A stretch of DNA of 64,000 nucleotides from an uncultured Pseudomonadales bacterium (GTDB taxonomy: Bacteria; Patescibacteriota; Microgenomatia; UBA1400; PJMF01), in assembly GCA_964607285.1 (NCBI GenBank), contig CAZSJW010000006.1:799-64798 (forward strand), read 5' to 3'. The notes below the pieces were generated by a model. The model was not told where the DNA came from. It saw nothing but the letters and a program-made list of their open reading frames with translations, and did no database searches. Positions within the stretch are counted from its first letter, which is position 1. The number at the start of each line of letters is the position of its first letter. This document shows positions 20,534 through 31,000 of this stretch, piece after piece. A program made the translations under genes and the position numbers.

Positions 20534-21545
20534 CACTGTTCTGCATATTTTCTTTAGCTTCATTCATGGTATTTACAAACATACGCTTGAGGATTTGTGT
20601 AAAATCTACCCCATACATATCCAAAATTATTGAGTATGTTGCGTGTGTTTCAGCTACTGGTCCAAAAAATGGATTGCAGTTTGGATCTATGAAGTATAGC
20701 CTTCCAGCAGCATCCACCCGTACGTCAATTCGACCATAATCTGACATTTTAAGAACCGCAAATGCCTTCTTCACATACTCTTTCAGACCTGGAAAATCTA
20801 TTTTAGAATAGGAAATATTTTCCCAATGTACCCACTTTTTCTCAAAGGTCATAACATCTTCACGGGTCTGTTGCTCCGTACTTCTCTGTACTGAATATAC
20901 TTTTGTGTTACTCCCATCTAACACAGCTGCAGTGACCTCAACACCAGCAATAAACTCATCCACCAGTACAGGTTGCTTATATTTCTCGAGCAGTTGTTTG
21001 AGTTTACTCCGTAAGGCTTTTTCATTTTCACAAATGCTATCGTTGTCTATGCCTATACTGCTGTGTTCTAAATTCAGCTTTGGGAAAAGTGGGTACCGCA
21101 AGTCAGGATCAATCATCTCGGTGTGTGAAGTTACCAACTGGTGGTTTGGGATTGGGATACCATTTGACCGCATCAGTTGATACATAACGAATTTATTTGT
21201 ACCAATTGACCAACCAAGTGTACCCGCGCCTGTATACGGTATATGTAAAATTTCATACAGGCCAATAATCGAAGAGCCAAGGCTAGATTGACCACGCAAC
21301 GAGTCTACCAGGTTAAGCACTAAATCAGGTTTAAACTTTTTGAGGTTCTCTGCAATCAGTCTGTCACAGGGTAGTGTGATGACCTGAATACCCATTTTTG
21401 CAACATACCTCCCAACTGCGTTGGCATATACGTCTGCATCTTCTTCGGCCAAGTATTCTTCTTCTGTTGCAAAAAAATCTCTTAGAACGTGCGAGTACAC
21501 AATTGCAACTCGATTGGGAAGTAAAACGTCTTCAGATCTTTGCAT
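20523..21545 (-). CDS. D-Ala-D-Ala ligase-like ATP-grasp protein (paralog B)
   Basis: IPYTGA, NKF..Y, YPLFPKLNLEHSSIGI, VLVDEFIAGVEV, DYGRIDVR, YFIDPNCNP. Confidence 0.85.
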   Translation of the reverse strand: MQRSEDVLLPNRVAIVYSHVLRDFFATEEEYLAEEDADVYANAVGRYVAKMGIQVITLPCDRLIAENLKKFKPDLVLNLVDSLRGQSSLGSSIIGLYEILHIPYTGAGTLGWSIGTNKFVMYQLMRSNGIPIPNHQLVTSHTEMIDPDLRYPLFPKLNLEHSSIGIDNDSICENEKALRSKLKQLLEKYKQPVLVDEFIAGVEVTAAVLDGSNTKVYSVQRSTEQQTREDVMTFEKKWVHWENISYSKIDFPGLKEYVKKAFAVLKMSDYGRIDVRVDAAGRLYFIDPNCNPFFGPVAETHATYSIILDMYGVDFTQILKRMFVNTMNEAKENMQNSAIS

Positions 21546-21566
21546 ATGATTAAAAATCAAAATTGT

Positions 21567-22663
21567 CTACAGTCCCCACTCACGCATGGTATTTTGCAAC
21601 ATGCGCTTTAACAAAGTACGAAATGGCACCCCATACTTTATCATGGTTCCAACCATCTCACAATCTGCATGCGATGTGCTGAAATAACAATTTGCATTAG
21701 CGTCTATAAAAAAGTAATTTCCATCCCTATCCATCCGAATATCGAACTTTCCATAATCATCCATTTTAGTGATAACAAATGCCCGCTTTACCAAAGCATC
21801 AAGTTTAGGATCTCTATTTTTTTCATACTGTAAATACTTTTTGTATTCAGATGCCTCATACATCCAACATAAATCATAATCTAAAAACTCATGACCAGTT
21901 GGGTTATTGGGTAAGTGAATTTTTCGCTCGATTGTATAAACCTTTTTATTAAAAGACTGGAACGTAAATGCCGCAAACTCGCGACCATCTATGAACTCAG
22001 AAACAAGTACATCCTGTTCATATTTTTTAAGTAAGTATCGTAGTCTTTTTCTGAGCTGTACTTCATTCTCCACAACTGACTCTCTAGTAATTTCAATATT
22101 ACTGTGTTCCTCATTTAATTTTAAAATTAATGGAAAGTTCAACTTTGGATCCAAAGGTATCCTACTTGATGTCATGAGCTGAAATGGAGGAACAGGAACA
22201 CCATGCTGAGAAAGCAGTGCGTAGACCAAATATTTATTGCAACCTAATGAGTAACCCAGAATGTTAGCACCAGTATATGGTATCTCTAACAACTCAAGCA
22301 TAGCAGGGACAGTGGCTCCCAAGTAATCATACCCTTTTACTGTAGTGACTAAATTAATAGCCATGTCGGGCTTCTCACGCTGCAAATTTTTGCCATATCA
22401 GCATCACCCCGTATGTAGCAGACTTCAACTCCAAGTGCCTTGAGATACGGACTAAAAGCGAATGCTTCCTCGTCGGAACCTTGATTTGTAAGAAATGCTT
22501 CATCACTGTAATAGTACTCACGTTTAGCATAGGTATACAAAATAGCTACCTTATGAGGTAACTTTCCACCATTCAGATTTCTTCGGGCAATCAGGTTTCT
22601 AGTATTTGGCGAGTTTACAAGAGCATTCAATTTTGACGACTGAGTTATCACATACTGGTTCAC
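21567..22663 (-). pseudogene. D-Ala-D-Ala ligase-like ATP-grasp protein (paralog A), split by a 1-nt frameshift near 22387-22391 (true lesion or homopolymer error)
   Basis: ORFs 22349-22663 and 21567-22385 join into a full-length copy of paralog B if one A is added to GGCAAAAATTTG (MAKNLQREKPD vs IAENLKKFKPD). Confidence 0.8.
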
Positions 22664-22717
22664 AATAAATATAGTGACAATGTCTGCGTATGCAAGTAGC
22701 TATTTTCCTGCCGTGGT

Positions 22718-23146
22718 TCAAACTGATTTGCTCGTTGGTTTTCTCACAACTGCGTACTTGGTGTCAGCATCGAGTAATATGGAATCTAGCGGATCTGTAT
22801 TAGCAGGATCCCAGTTGTAGTTAATGGTCACTTCTTCACCTTCAGCAATATCTTTTATTGCTCTGTATACCATGCAATGATCCTTATAGTTCAATCTGTA
22901 TAAAGCATTTGGAGTATATGAGTGGTTATATAAACTTCCATACCCCATTACGATGACATGGTGTGTGTTTGTCCACTCAAAGTAGTATCGCTCCAAGACA
23001 GTTTGAAAAAGTGCTTTCTCTTGGTTTATGGGTACTAAAACAACTGGGCATCTTTCTATAACTATCCCTTTTTTTATTGGCTGGTCTGCAATCACGCCTC
23101 TCACCCCAAGAGTCTCTGATATACCTATTTTGAGAGGAATGTTCAT
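22718..23146 (-). CDS. SET-domain protein (putative lysine methyltransferase)
   Basis: GVRGVIA, GYGSLYNHSYTPNA, AIKDIAEGEEVTINY. Confidence 0.9.
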   Translation of the reverse strand: MNIPLKIGISETLGVRGVIADQPIKKGIVIERCPVVLVPINQEKALFQTVLERYYFEWTNTHHVIVMGYGSLYNHSYTPNALYRLNYKDHCMVYRAIKDIAEGEEVTINYNWDPANTDPLDSILLDADTKYAVVRKPTSKSV

Positions 23147-23268
23147 ATACGCACACTATTCTATGGATGTTTACTACAGTAAATCTAACACATTTGTTGA
23201 TAGCGTACATTGGTGTATACGGAACCACTACACAACGCATTTGCGGTACAATGTTAGATGTTCTGCAT

Positions 23269-24210
23269 ATGAAACAAAAAATTCCAACCACAATTTTCTC
23301 AGGATTTTTGGGTTCTGGTAAAACGACCATTATCCTGCATCTAGTGGAAAAACTACAGGCATCAGGAAAACAAGTTGTGTATATTAAAAACGAAATAGGG
23401 GACACAGACATAGATGGCCAGATACTGCATAGTAAAAACATTAAAACGAGGGAGCTTCTAAATGGCTGCATTTGCTGCACACTAGTTGGTCCGTTCACCA
23501 CTGCACTAACAGAGGTAGTTGAGACATACCATCCTGCAAGAATTTTTATTGAGGCTTCAGGAGCTGCAGATCCTAGTGCTCTGGCTTTGATGGTGTCCTC
23601 TCATCCATTGTTACTGCGCGATGGAGTGGTGGGCATAATTGACGTGCTCAACTTCACGGGCTATGCAGATCTGACGCAAACCACAAAAAACCAAACAACT
23701 TTTATTGATCTACTCATCTTTAATAAAATCGAGCTAGCAGACTTAGCCCAAAAACGACGAGTAGTCGGGTATGTGCGTGAGCTCAACACTCACTCACCAA
23801 TAATTGAAGCACCCAACGGGCACGTTGCTCCCGAGGCAGTGCTCGGTCTTGAAAGTACTGAACTTTCAAAACTATTGCGCGAATATACACATACCAATCC
23901 TGAACATACAGATCACGTTGTTCAAGATGAACTTAGTTCTTTCACGCTTACTTTCGCAGGTACCATACAAAAGCCTCAATTACTTACTTTCTTGCAAACA
24001 CTACCCAATCCGCTGTTTCGTGCAAAAGGCATCGTGCAACTAGATACGGATGAATGGTATGTTTGCAACATGGTAGCTGGAAGAGCTGATGTACAACAGC
24101 TGGAAAACACTGATCAACCACCACAAGAAAATATCCTAATATGCATTGGCATCCATGCTGATGAGTACAAGCAAGAAGTTACTAAATTACTGCATGCAAC
24201 CCTTGCATGA
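23269..24210 (+). CDS. COG0523/CobW-family G3E GTPase (putative Zn metallochaperone)
   Basis: GFLGSGKTT, NEIGDTDIDG, GCICC, EASG, NKIE, FRAKG; start taken at ATG 23269. Confidence 0.9.
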   Translation: MKQKIPTTIFSGFLGSGKTTIILHLVEKLQASGKQVVYIKNEIGDTDIDGQILHSKNIKTRELLNGCICCTLVGPFTTALTEVVETYHPARIFIEASGAADPSALALMVSSHPLLLRDGVVGIIDVLNFTGYADLTQTTKNQTTFIDLLIFNKIELADLAQKRRVVGYVRELNTHSPIIEAPNGHVAPEAVLGLESTELSKLLREYTHTNPEHTDHVVQDELSSFTLTFAGTIQKPQLLTFLQTLPNPLFRAKGIVQLDTDEWYVCNMVAGRADVQQLENTDQPPQENILICIGIHADEYKQEVTKLLHATLA

Positions 24211-24212
24211 GA

Positions 24213-24800
24213 TTACTTAGCACCCAGTAGTTGTTGCAACTCCTCTGTGCCTGACGGCTGTAGTATCATTCTCATCACTCTATTCGTTACTTCTTCGTCC
24301 CGAAAGTCGGGATCAAACACGACAGCCATAAACTCAGCAAAACTAATCTCATATACTGTAATTTTTTCACCTGCATCAAGAGAAGGAGCACAAACTTTTC
24401 TACAATCACGAGCAATAAAAAGTGATATTGTCCAGTCAATCTTAGTAAAGGGTGAAACTGCAAACCAAGGCTCTATTGTCGCTGCCTCGTACCCTGCTTC
24501 TTCTCGAAGCTCTCGCAAAGCAGTCTGTCGTGGTGTTTCACCTGCATCTACGACTCCTCCTAGTAAACTCTTGAAGGGTTTCATCCCTGGTTGTTCCTGC
24601 TCAGAGAGTAGTATCTTTCCATGCTCCGTAACCGCCAATACACCAGCTGAGTCAGCACGGACAGCTTTCTCAAAAATTGCCACCGATCCATCAAATAGCT
24701 GTTGCTCCCATTGATAAATGGAAAAAATTTTACCCGTAAAAACACAACGGGCACCATCTGGTAAAGGCTGTAGTGTGTTGTGTTTCTGACTTCTATCCAT
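24213..24800 (-). CDS. NUDIX hydrolase (ADP-ribose pyrophosphatase-like)
   Basis: Nudix box GGVVDAGETPRQTALRELREEAG; LDAGEKI. Confidence 0.9.
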   Translation of the reverse strand: MDRSQKHNTLQPLPDGARCVFTGKIFSIYQWEQQLFDGSVAIFEKAVRADSAGVLAVTEHGKILLSEQEQPGMKPFKSLLGGVVDAGETPRQTALRELREEAGYEAATIEPWFAVSPFTKIDWTISLFIARDCRKVCAPSLDAGEKITVYEISFAEFMAVVFDPDFRDEEVTNRVMRMILQPSGTEELQQLLGAK

Positions 24801-25548
24801 GTTTGAACTCTATTTGATCTGCACGTAACCGACGAACGCCATTTTTTTGCTCCAGCTCCTCAACACAATGTGCGATTGAACCTGCGGCACGCGCCACAGC
24901 GTACAATGCATTCCCCGTGCGAGAGTCAAACCCTAGAGCTACAAGCAATGCTGCAATTGCCCCATCAATGTTGATTGGTAGTTTACGACCCGATTGCTCC
25001 TCTAAGGCTGTTTCAAGATACAGTGCGGCATCAAGTGCCTCTAGCGAAACTCCACTCCTTCGAGTCATGGCAAATAGCGTCTGCGCTCTTTCATCTGACT
25101 GCTTACCCTTTGGGTGTCCAAACCCTGGCAAGCGCTTTCCGTTTTTTCGGTATGTTGCTACTATCTCGTGAGCGGCTCGCTCAACTCCAGTGCTTGCGGT
25201 GATCAACTCCTGAAACAACTGCATAGCAGCGGTGACTGCTGCACCATGCAAAGGTCCCAAAACCAGCATACTGGTAGCAATTGCCGTAGTAATTTCAGCC
25301 CCTGAAGACACTGCAACACGTGGAGTAAAACCAGAGGCGGGTTCCAGTCCAGGATCTAATGCTGCCACTAAGATGGCATTTAATAACACCTTAGCATCTT
25401 CGCTCGGTAGTGTCCCTGTTATAGATAAAAATAAACTTGCTACAAAATCTGCCTCAGTAATCAATTTTTTTACAGAAACACCACGTACATATAGCTTGCC
25501 CTGATGCTCACCACTTATTGCTGTATGAAATGTTAAATCGCTAGACAT
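24793..25548 (-). CDS. Citryl-CoA lyase / citrate-synthase-fold protein
   Basis: LYVRG, LGPLHGAA, RLPGFGHP, LPINIDGAIAA, ARAAGSIAH; 251 aa, the typical CCL size. Confidence 0.82.
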   Translation of the reverse strand: MSSDLTFHTAISGEHQGKLYVRGVSVKKLITEADFVASLFLSITGTLPSEDAKVLLNAILVAALDPGLEPASGFTPRVAVSSGAEITTAIATSMLVLGPLHGAAVTAAMQLFQELITASTGVERAAHEIVATYRKNGKRLPGFGHPKGKQSDERAQTLFAMTRRSGVSLEALDAALYLETALEEQSGRKLPINIDGAIAALLVALGFDSRTGNALYAVARAAGSIAHCVEELEQKNGVRRLRADQIEFKHG

Positions 25549-25607
25549 GATGTACTAAAATGTATAACAAGTATACGAGCAAACAAAGAAGATCGGTAGG
25601 GGGAGAG

Positions 25608-25772
25608 TTACTCCATGCTCTGCTCTACAGTAGGCGATTCTGTTTCACTAGTAACTTGATCATAGTGCTCAACAGCAACAGGCTCGGTTACATATCGTCT
25701 TGTGATATCAGCTCTAGAAAAATAGATTCTCATCGAAGTATCTGCTGGTGTACGAGCAATCAATGCTGACAT
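25608..25772 (-). CDS. Candidate small protein (54 aa), not in the ORF track
   Basis: MSALIARTPADTSMRIYFSRADITRRYVTEPVAVEHYDQVTSETESPTVEQSME*; fills a 300 nt gap in the same orientation as its neighbours. Confidence 0.4.
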   Translation of the reverse strand: MSALIARTPADTSMRIYFSRADITRRYVTEPVAVEHYDQVTSETESPTVEQSME

Positions 25773-25849
25773 ACTTAACCCAGTGCTTTATATGGGTTCA
25801 ATATACGACATTTTGACTAAAAACACAATGCAGCAGCGATGTGTAAGAG

Positions 25850-26176
25850 CTAAAAAGGGTATTGCCTAAACTCAACTTGTTGGCCTGCACTCGGGAGTCC
25901 TACTGACTGCAGTACGTCAGTCATCATGCCAGGTATATTCAATGTACTAAGTAGTCGCACAGAAATAGCAACCAGTATACTTGCAACTAGTGTTGCGCCA
26001 AGTAAATAACCAAGACCTTGCAAGAGTGCTGCCGCAAACAAGAATTTTAATGATGTCTTACGAGACAAATGTGCGTTTAATTGACCAAGCTGCGCTACTA
26101 GCGCATCAATACTAGCACTTGGCAACGCAGGTTCGGTCGTCTTCTCTGCAACAGGTACATTAGTAGGCTCAGGCAT
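25850..26176 (-). CDS. Small membrane protein (DUF5665-like)
   Basis: FAAALLQGLGYLLGATLVASILV pattern; start taken at ATG 26176. Confidence 0.6.
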   Translation of the reverse strand: MPEPTNVPVAEKTTEPALPSASIDALVAQLGQLNAHLSRKTSLKFLFAAALLQGLGYLLGATLVASILVAISVRLLSTLNIPGMMTDVLQSVGLPSAGQQVEFRQYPF

Positions 26177-26222
26177 AAAAATAGTATGCACAACTGCTGG
26201 CTCAGCTGCAAGTAATAAAAAA

Positions 26223-27101
26223 TCATAGTATTACACCCTCATCTTCATCTGCACCGAGCTCTATGACTTCACGATTAATCAGATACAAGTCTTGGTTATA
26301 CTCCCCAATACCTACATACTCAGCATCACCTCTGACTACTATTTCCATTTCCCTACAACTCCTGCAACCTGATTCTCCATGAGGACATTTAAACAAGTTT
26401 AACTTTCGAGCTAACTTTAGCTGCTTTGCCAATTTCAGAATGTGCTCGTGAGCAGCATCCAGTTCTGGCAATACCTGTGGAGATAGTTCGTCACTAAATC
26501 CTAGGTACCAATAGCTTGCACCATCAATCCTTCTGCGTTGTACATTGTGCAACAGCAGTGAGTAAATCGGCAACTGTAATGAACTCCCATCTTCTTCACG
26601 CTTGCTAGTTTTGAAATCTACAATCTTGACGCTATCAGTTTCCTCTAAATACTCCAACCAATCTATTTTTCCACACAGCATAATTTCATCCTCTTCAGAT
26701 AACCAATACTGAGGCAACTCAGCTTTCAATTTAATTGCCTTGCGCGCAACAGGTCCAGGATGAGCCATCACCCGCTGGATCATAGCCCTAGCTCGTTCTT
26801 TATACTGTTCTTCAATTGATTCAGCCGTAAAACCACCACGTTTGCCACTATATTTTTTCCAAATTCTCTCCAATTTTTCAAGTAATGGTTCTGAGAATCT
26901 TTCTTCAACTGGAAGTATGGATAGTGACTCAACAACCTCATGAACCGCAGAACCAAGCGAAAGTGGAGGGCTAACTACTTGAACTTTGTGATGTGAGTTA
27001 GCATCCTTATACACATTCTTAAGATAATATGCACGGGGACACCGCACAAACTCTGTCAAAGACGAGTGTGATACCCAAGTGGCGGAGAATTTATCTGGCA
27101 T
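26223..27101 (-). CDS. PD-(D/E)XK nuclease, RecB/AddB/Cas4-like, with a probable 4-Cys Fe-S cluster
   Basis: SHSSL..F..CPRAYYL, LGSAVH, GKIDWLE...IVDFKTS, QLPIY, C-terminal CPHGESGCRSC. Confidence 0.88.
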   Translation of the reverse strand: MPDKFSATWVSHSSLTEFVRCPRAYYLKNVYKDANSHHKVQVVSPPLSLGSAVHEVVESLSILPVEERFSEPLLEKLERIWKKYSGKRGGFTAESIEEQYKERARAMIQRVMAHPGPVARKAIKLKAELPQYWLSEEDEIMLCGKIDWLEYLEETDSVKIVDFKTSKREEDGSSLQLPIYSLLLHNVQRRRIDGASYWYLGFSDELSPQVLPELDAAHEHILKLAKQLKLARKLNLFKCPHGESGCRSCREMEIVVRGDAEYVGIGEYNQDLYLINREVIELGADEDEGVIL

Positions 27102-27135
27102 ACTGAGCACAGTATACTGGCTACATTCAGATTTG

Positions 27136-27912
27136 TCAGGGTGATTCTATAGTGTTCGGTTGGAAACCCTTCTGGAAGTCAAAGACTCCTTCAGTGACCC
27201 TGCCTTGTGAGAAATCTACATCTACCACATAAGGATTTCTTAAATTTCCGAGCAACCCCGTAACCTGTTGCTCGCTTTTAGGCAACGTAAAAGCCACATA
27301 CACTACAGCGGACTCACCAGGCAGCAGTAGCTTTTCACCTTGTATGATTGGTGGAAAATCCTGGCTTTGACGTCGCACATTCACATACTCTCCCACAAGC
27401 ACACTACGTGCTTCACCAAAGGTTCGGTTGTCTGTAGTTTTTACAACAAACACTACTACCTGCTCATTCGGCTGCAACTCTGGGAAAAGACCTGATGCTG
27501 GTTGAGAAATGAGATACACCTCTCTTGCATCATATTTGACTTCTAAGTCCTCCCATTGGACATCAATATCTGCAACTGTAGCTGAAGTAGTTGCAGCTGA
27601 ATCAATGCTGGGACTCACTTCAGGAAGGGTATCTATGTACTGTTGCTCAGTAGTTGTGACTTCATTGTCTCCTGACAAAAAAGGATCCTGCATTGGTTGA
27701 ATTGGTGGTGCTACAAGTCTATTCAAGCCAATACCCACACTGATCAACAATGCCCCAACGAGAATTGCAAACAGTACCTTCCTCGATACAATAAAGGTCA
27801 TGAAGTTCTGCTTGCTGATCTTCAATTCTACTGAATCTTCGTTCTCGGTTTCTTGACCTAATTCAGGAGGCACAATAACCTCACGAGAAGTATGTTCGTT
27901 TTTTTGTGTCAT
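27136..27912 (-). CDS. Hypothetical membrane-anchored protein with a beta-rich extracellular domain
   Basis: One TM, then LLPGESAVVYVAFTLPK (Ig-like/DUF4352-like pattern). Confidence 0.6.
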   Translation of the reverse strand: MTQKNEHTSREVIVPPELGQETENEDSVELKISKQNFMTFIVSRKVLFAILVGALLISVGIGLNRLVAPPIQPMQDPFLSGDNEVTTTEQQYIDTLPEVSPSIDSAATTSATVADIDVQWEDLEVKYDAREVYLISQPASGLFPELQPNEQVVVFVVKTTDNRTFGEARSVLVGEYVNVRRQSQDFPPIIQGEKLLLPGESAVVYVAFTLPKSEQQVTGLLGNLRNPYVVDVDFSQGRVTEGVFDFQKGFQPNTIESP

Positions 27913-28018
27913 ACGCGCATACTCACTGTACCATAAGTGGTATTTGAACTAAAAGCCTATGTTCAAGTGTAAAGCTCAGTGAAGCTTCTCCACAAGACAA
28001 CAAATCTCTGATATTCTG

Positions 28019-31000
28019 ATGATAGAAACATTGTTAGCTATGACACTTGAACAGCACATTGAACATATCTCTCCTATTGAACTATATATGGAGCCAGTGG
28101 TTCGCATGCTTATGTTTCAACCTGGACTTGAACTTGAGTTAGTTGAAGCTGAAGAAGTGTACACTCTCATTAAAGCCTATAAAGAACTCGTCCCCCTTGC
28201 AGAAAACTCCGAACAGCTTCTTGCACAGGCAAAAAGTTTGTTTACCAGCTACAAACATCCCCGCGATGCATTTTCTGCCTTTTTATTAGAACTTTCAACT
28301 AGGATCCAGACGCTTGCTACAAGAGTGCATACCACAGAAGCAGCGCATCAAAATGGAACGCATGCACAGTTGCAATCTGAAGAGATTGGCAATCATACCT
28401 CGCAAGCAACGAGTGAGCATTCAATCACCAAAATCCAGATACCAACCCCTCTGCCTGCCAATACGGGCCAAGTCTTTGGCAGATACAATCTCGAGCTTGA
28501 TCTAGCCATTAAGAACGCACAAAGCTTACTAACTGGTGCAAGCGTAAGTCATTTACTAAGTACTGACATTTTTGTTTTCAAAAAGTCCAATCTTTTTGCA
28601 AACACCAAACAACAGGAACACACGCAACACCCCTCGGAATTATTTGGAACAATTTTACATGTCAACAACGGAGACACCGTTCTGCTGATTGATTCTTCAG
28701 GCACAGCATCACGCTACACCCAAGGAACGTACTCACACCTCGATTTGACTCACTCAACACTCTTGTCTATCTTACGAAAAGGTACTGAATCAGAAACATT
28801 TCAAATACACCACACCCAGGATACAGCCAGATCAGAACTCACACCGCTTACGTACATGCCACACCCTGCATTCAAAAGAATACAAATGGAAATGTACTCC
28901 TGCATCGCAACTATTGGTGCCACGCAAGAGTATTGGGCGTTCCCTAATTTTTTGGAAATACTGGAAACAGCACAAAAGGCAGTGCTAGAAAGAAAAAACA
29001 TACCGCTTGTTCGTGACAGACTTTTCAAAGCATTAGATTCCTACCCTTTTTTCGACAGTTCAAATGAGCTAAGAGCTACCAGAGAACGGTGGAAAGACAT
29101 GCTCAATGGGTGTTTGTCTGGTGGGTGGAATGCATCCGTTCGTACACAAGAACTTGTATCTGCATGGTGCAAGCCACAAGACGCTACCCCACCAAAACTA
29201 AGTTTCAAACAGGCAGATGCCTTTTATCAATCTGTATTTTCGCAAGACAAATTGAATTCACTTTACAACGATTGGGTATCAGCAGGTGTAATTTCACAAC
29301 ATGAAAGAGAAACACTGCAGGCTGAAGAGCGATACGCATTCACAGGTGGAAGCATCTGGACACTGACTGAAGCACTGATAGCACACATTGCTGAGCCCAC
29401 ACGAAAACAACTGGTGCATGAGAAAGTCGTAAACCTTTGCTATCAACTTAAAGCAAATGCTGATGTACAAAATCTCACATTATCTGATTTTTTGAAGCGA
29501 ATGAGTTTGCTAGCAAGTGAGATACCTGAACTTATTCAGACTTTCTCCACCCCACTAGTGTGGGAATATCTGCATTCAGAAGTTACTGGTTCATACACAG
29601 ATGTCTGGAACGCTATAATAGCGCGTGTTTGTCTCAGCATTGAACAAGATCAACTGCTAATCACAGATGCACAGCGAAGAGAAAAATTTCGCACTAAAAC
29701 TGGCCAGGTTATTGACACACTTCGATATGATCCTGAAGGCAACGAACTGATTGTGAAGTGTTTACTCAGTGAGCTAGTAGGTGAGTCAAATCCACTCAGA
29801 TATTATTTTCGAGCACGGAGTCAAGCGGCTGAAAATATTTTGCAGTTTAGTATACCGCTCGCATCTAGGCCTGACTTACAGAAAGCAATTGATCTAGCAC
29901 GAAATACTAGTACTAGTAGTAAATTTGATCAGCAAGATATTGAAGAAGCACTGCTACTGCGAAGCCTGGGCAGCTGCATAGCTGGTGACGCCGATTCATG
30001 CTTAGCATTACATCTTGAGGGTGCGGATTCACAAGCTGTTGATACCTTAATTGAACAACTCATTCACGCAGCATTCCCCAGAAACGCCTCAGCTGCCCCT
30101 TCAGATATGCAAGAACAACTGGATGCTCAAGGATTGCTTACCACACTCGCTAGACAGTCTGTAAATAATACTAAGAACCAACAAATTTCAGAGTTTCCTC
30201 GAAGCATATTTAAAGAAAATCAAGCATTTATAGCAAATAATCCTGAGAGACAAGCACAACTATCATCTTTTCTGCTCAGACCAGAAAAAATTGAACAAAA
30301 ACAAATCTTACATGCTGAACTCAAAAATTTGGTAAGTGAAATTTTTAACCCAAACTCTCAAATTCATACCAGTTACCCAGAACTCGCGCTGCTTGTTGCT
30401 AATACACTACGTAAATTTGTAGTTGCTCATAGCATTGATTCTCGAGCTGCCACCAATCAGCAACTAATTGACATCCTAAAAAAAATTGAGATCACCATTA
30501 TGGAACACAATGGGTGGGGTGGAAGTGAGGTGAGTTACAATCCTTTCAATCGATTTGCTGCAAAACAAGAACGATTTAAACAGGCGCTATTCATTAGTAG
30601 TGCCCATATGAACTCAACAGGCACAGGAGTCATTCCATATGACGAACATCGCTCAATCCTACTAACTAGAAGAGAAGCCAATCAGCAGGATTTTTCTACA
30701 TTCGCTTCTTGGCAAATTGAACTAACTAAACGTCTGGGTGCATTAGCCTCAAAAGAGGTAGTGCTAATGGGCCACTCGATGGGAGGACTAGTTGTGCTAT
30801 TCTGTGCGCTTCTACTGCCACGTGAGCTATGGGAAAAAACTAGCATTGTCTCACTCACTCCAGTTATAACCAATAACAATGGCACAATCAATATGAGTGA
30901 GTTTGTTTCACTGCTGCGACAACATAGTCAACTATGGGAAACGTTTAAGTCTACCGATATCATCAAAACTATTTGTAACGTAAAGTCTGCCGCTGATGTA

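Noticed and set aside
26223-27101. Cas4 / CRISPR-Cas locus
   Set aside because: No repeat-spacer array or other cas genes; solo PD-(D/E)XK nucleases of this type are common.
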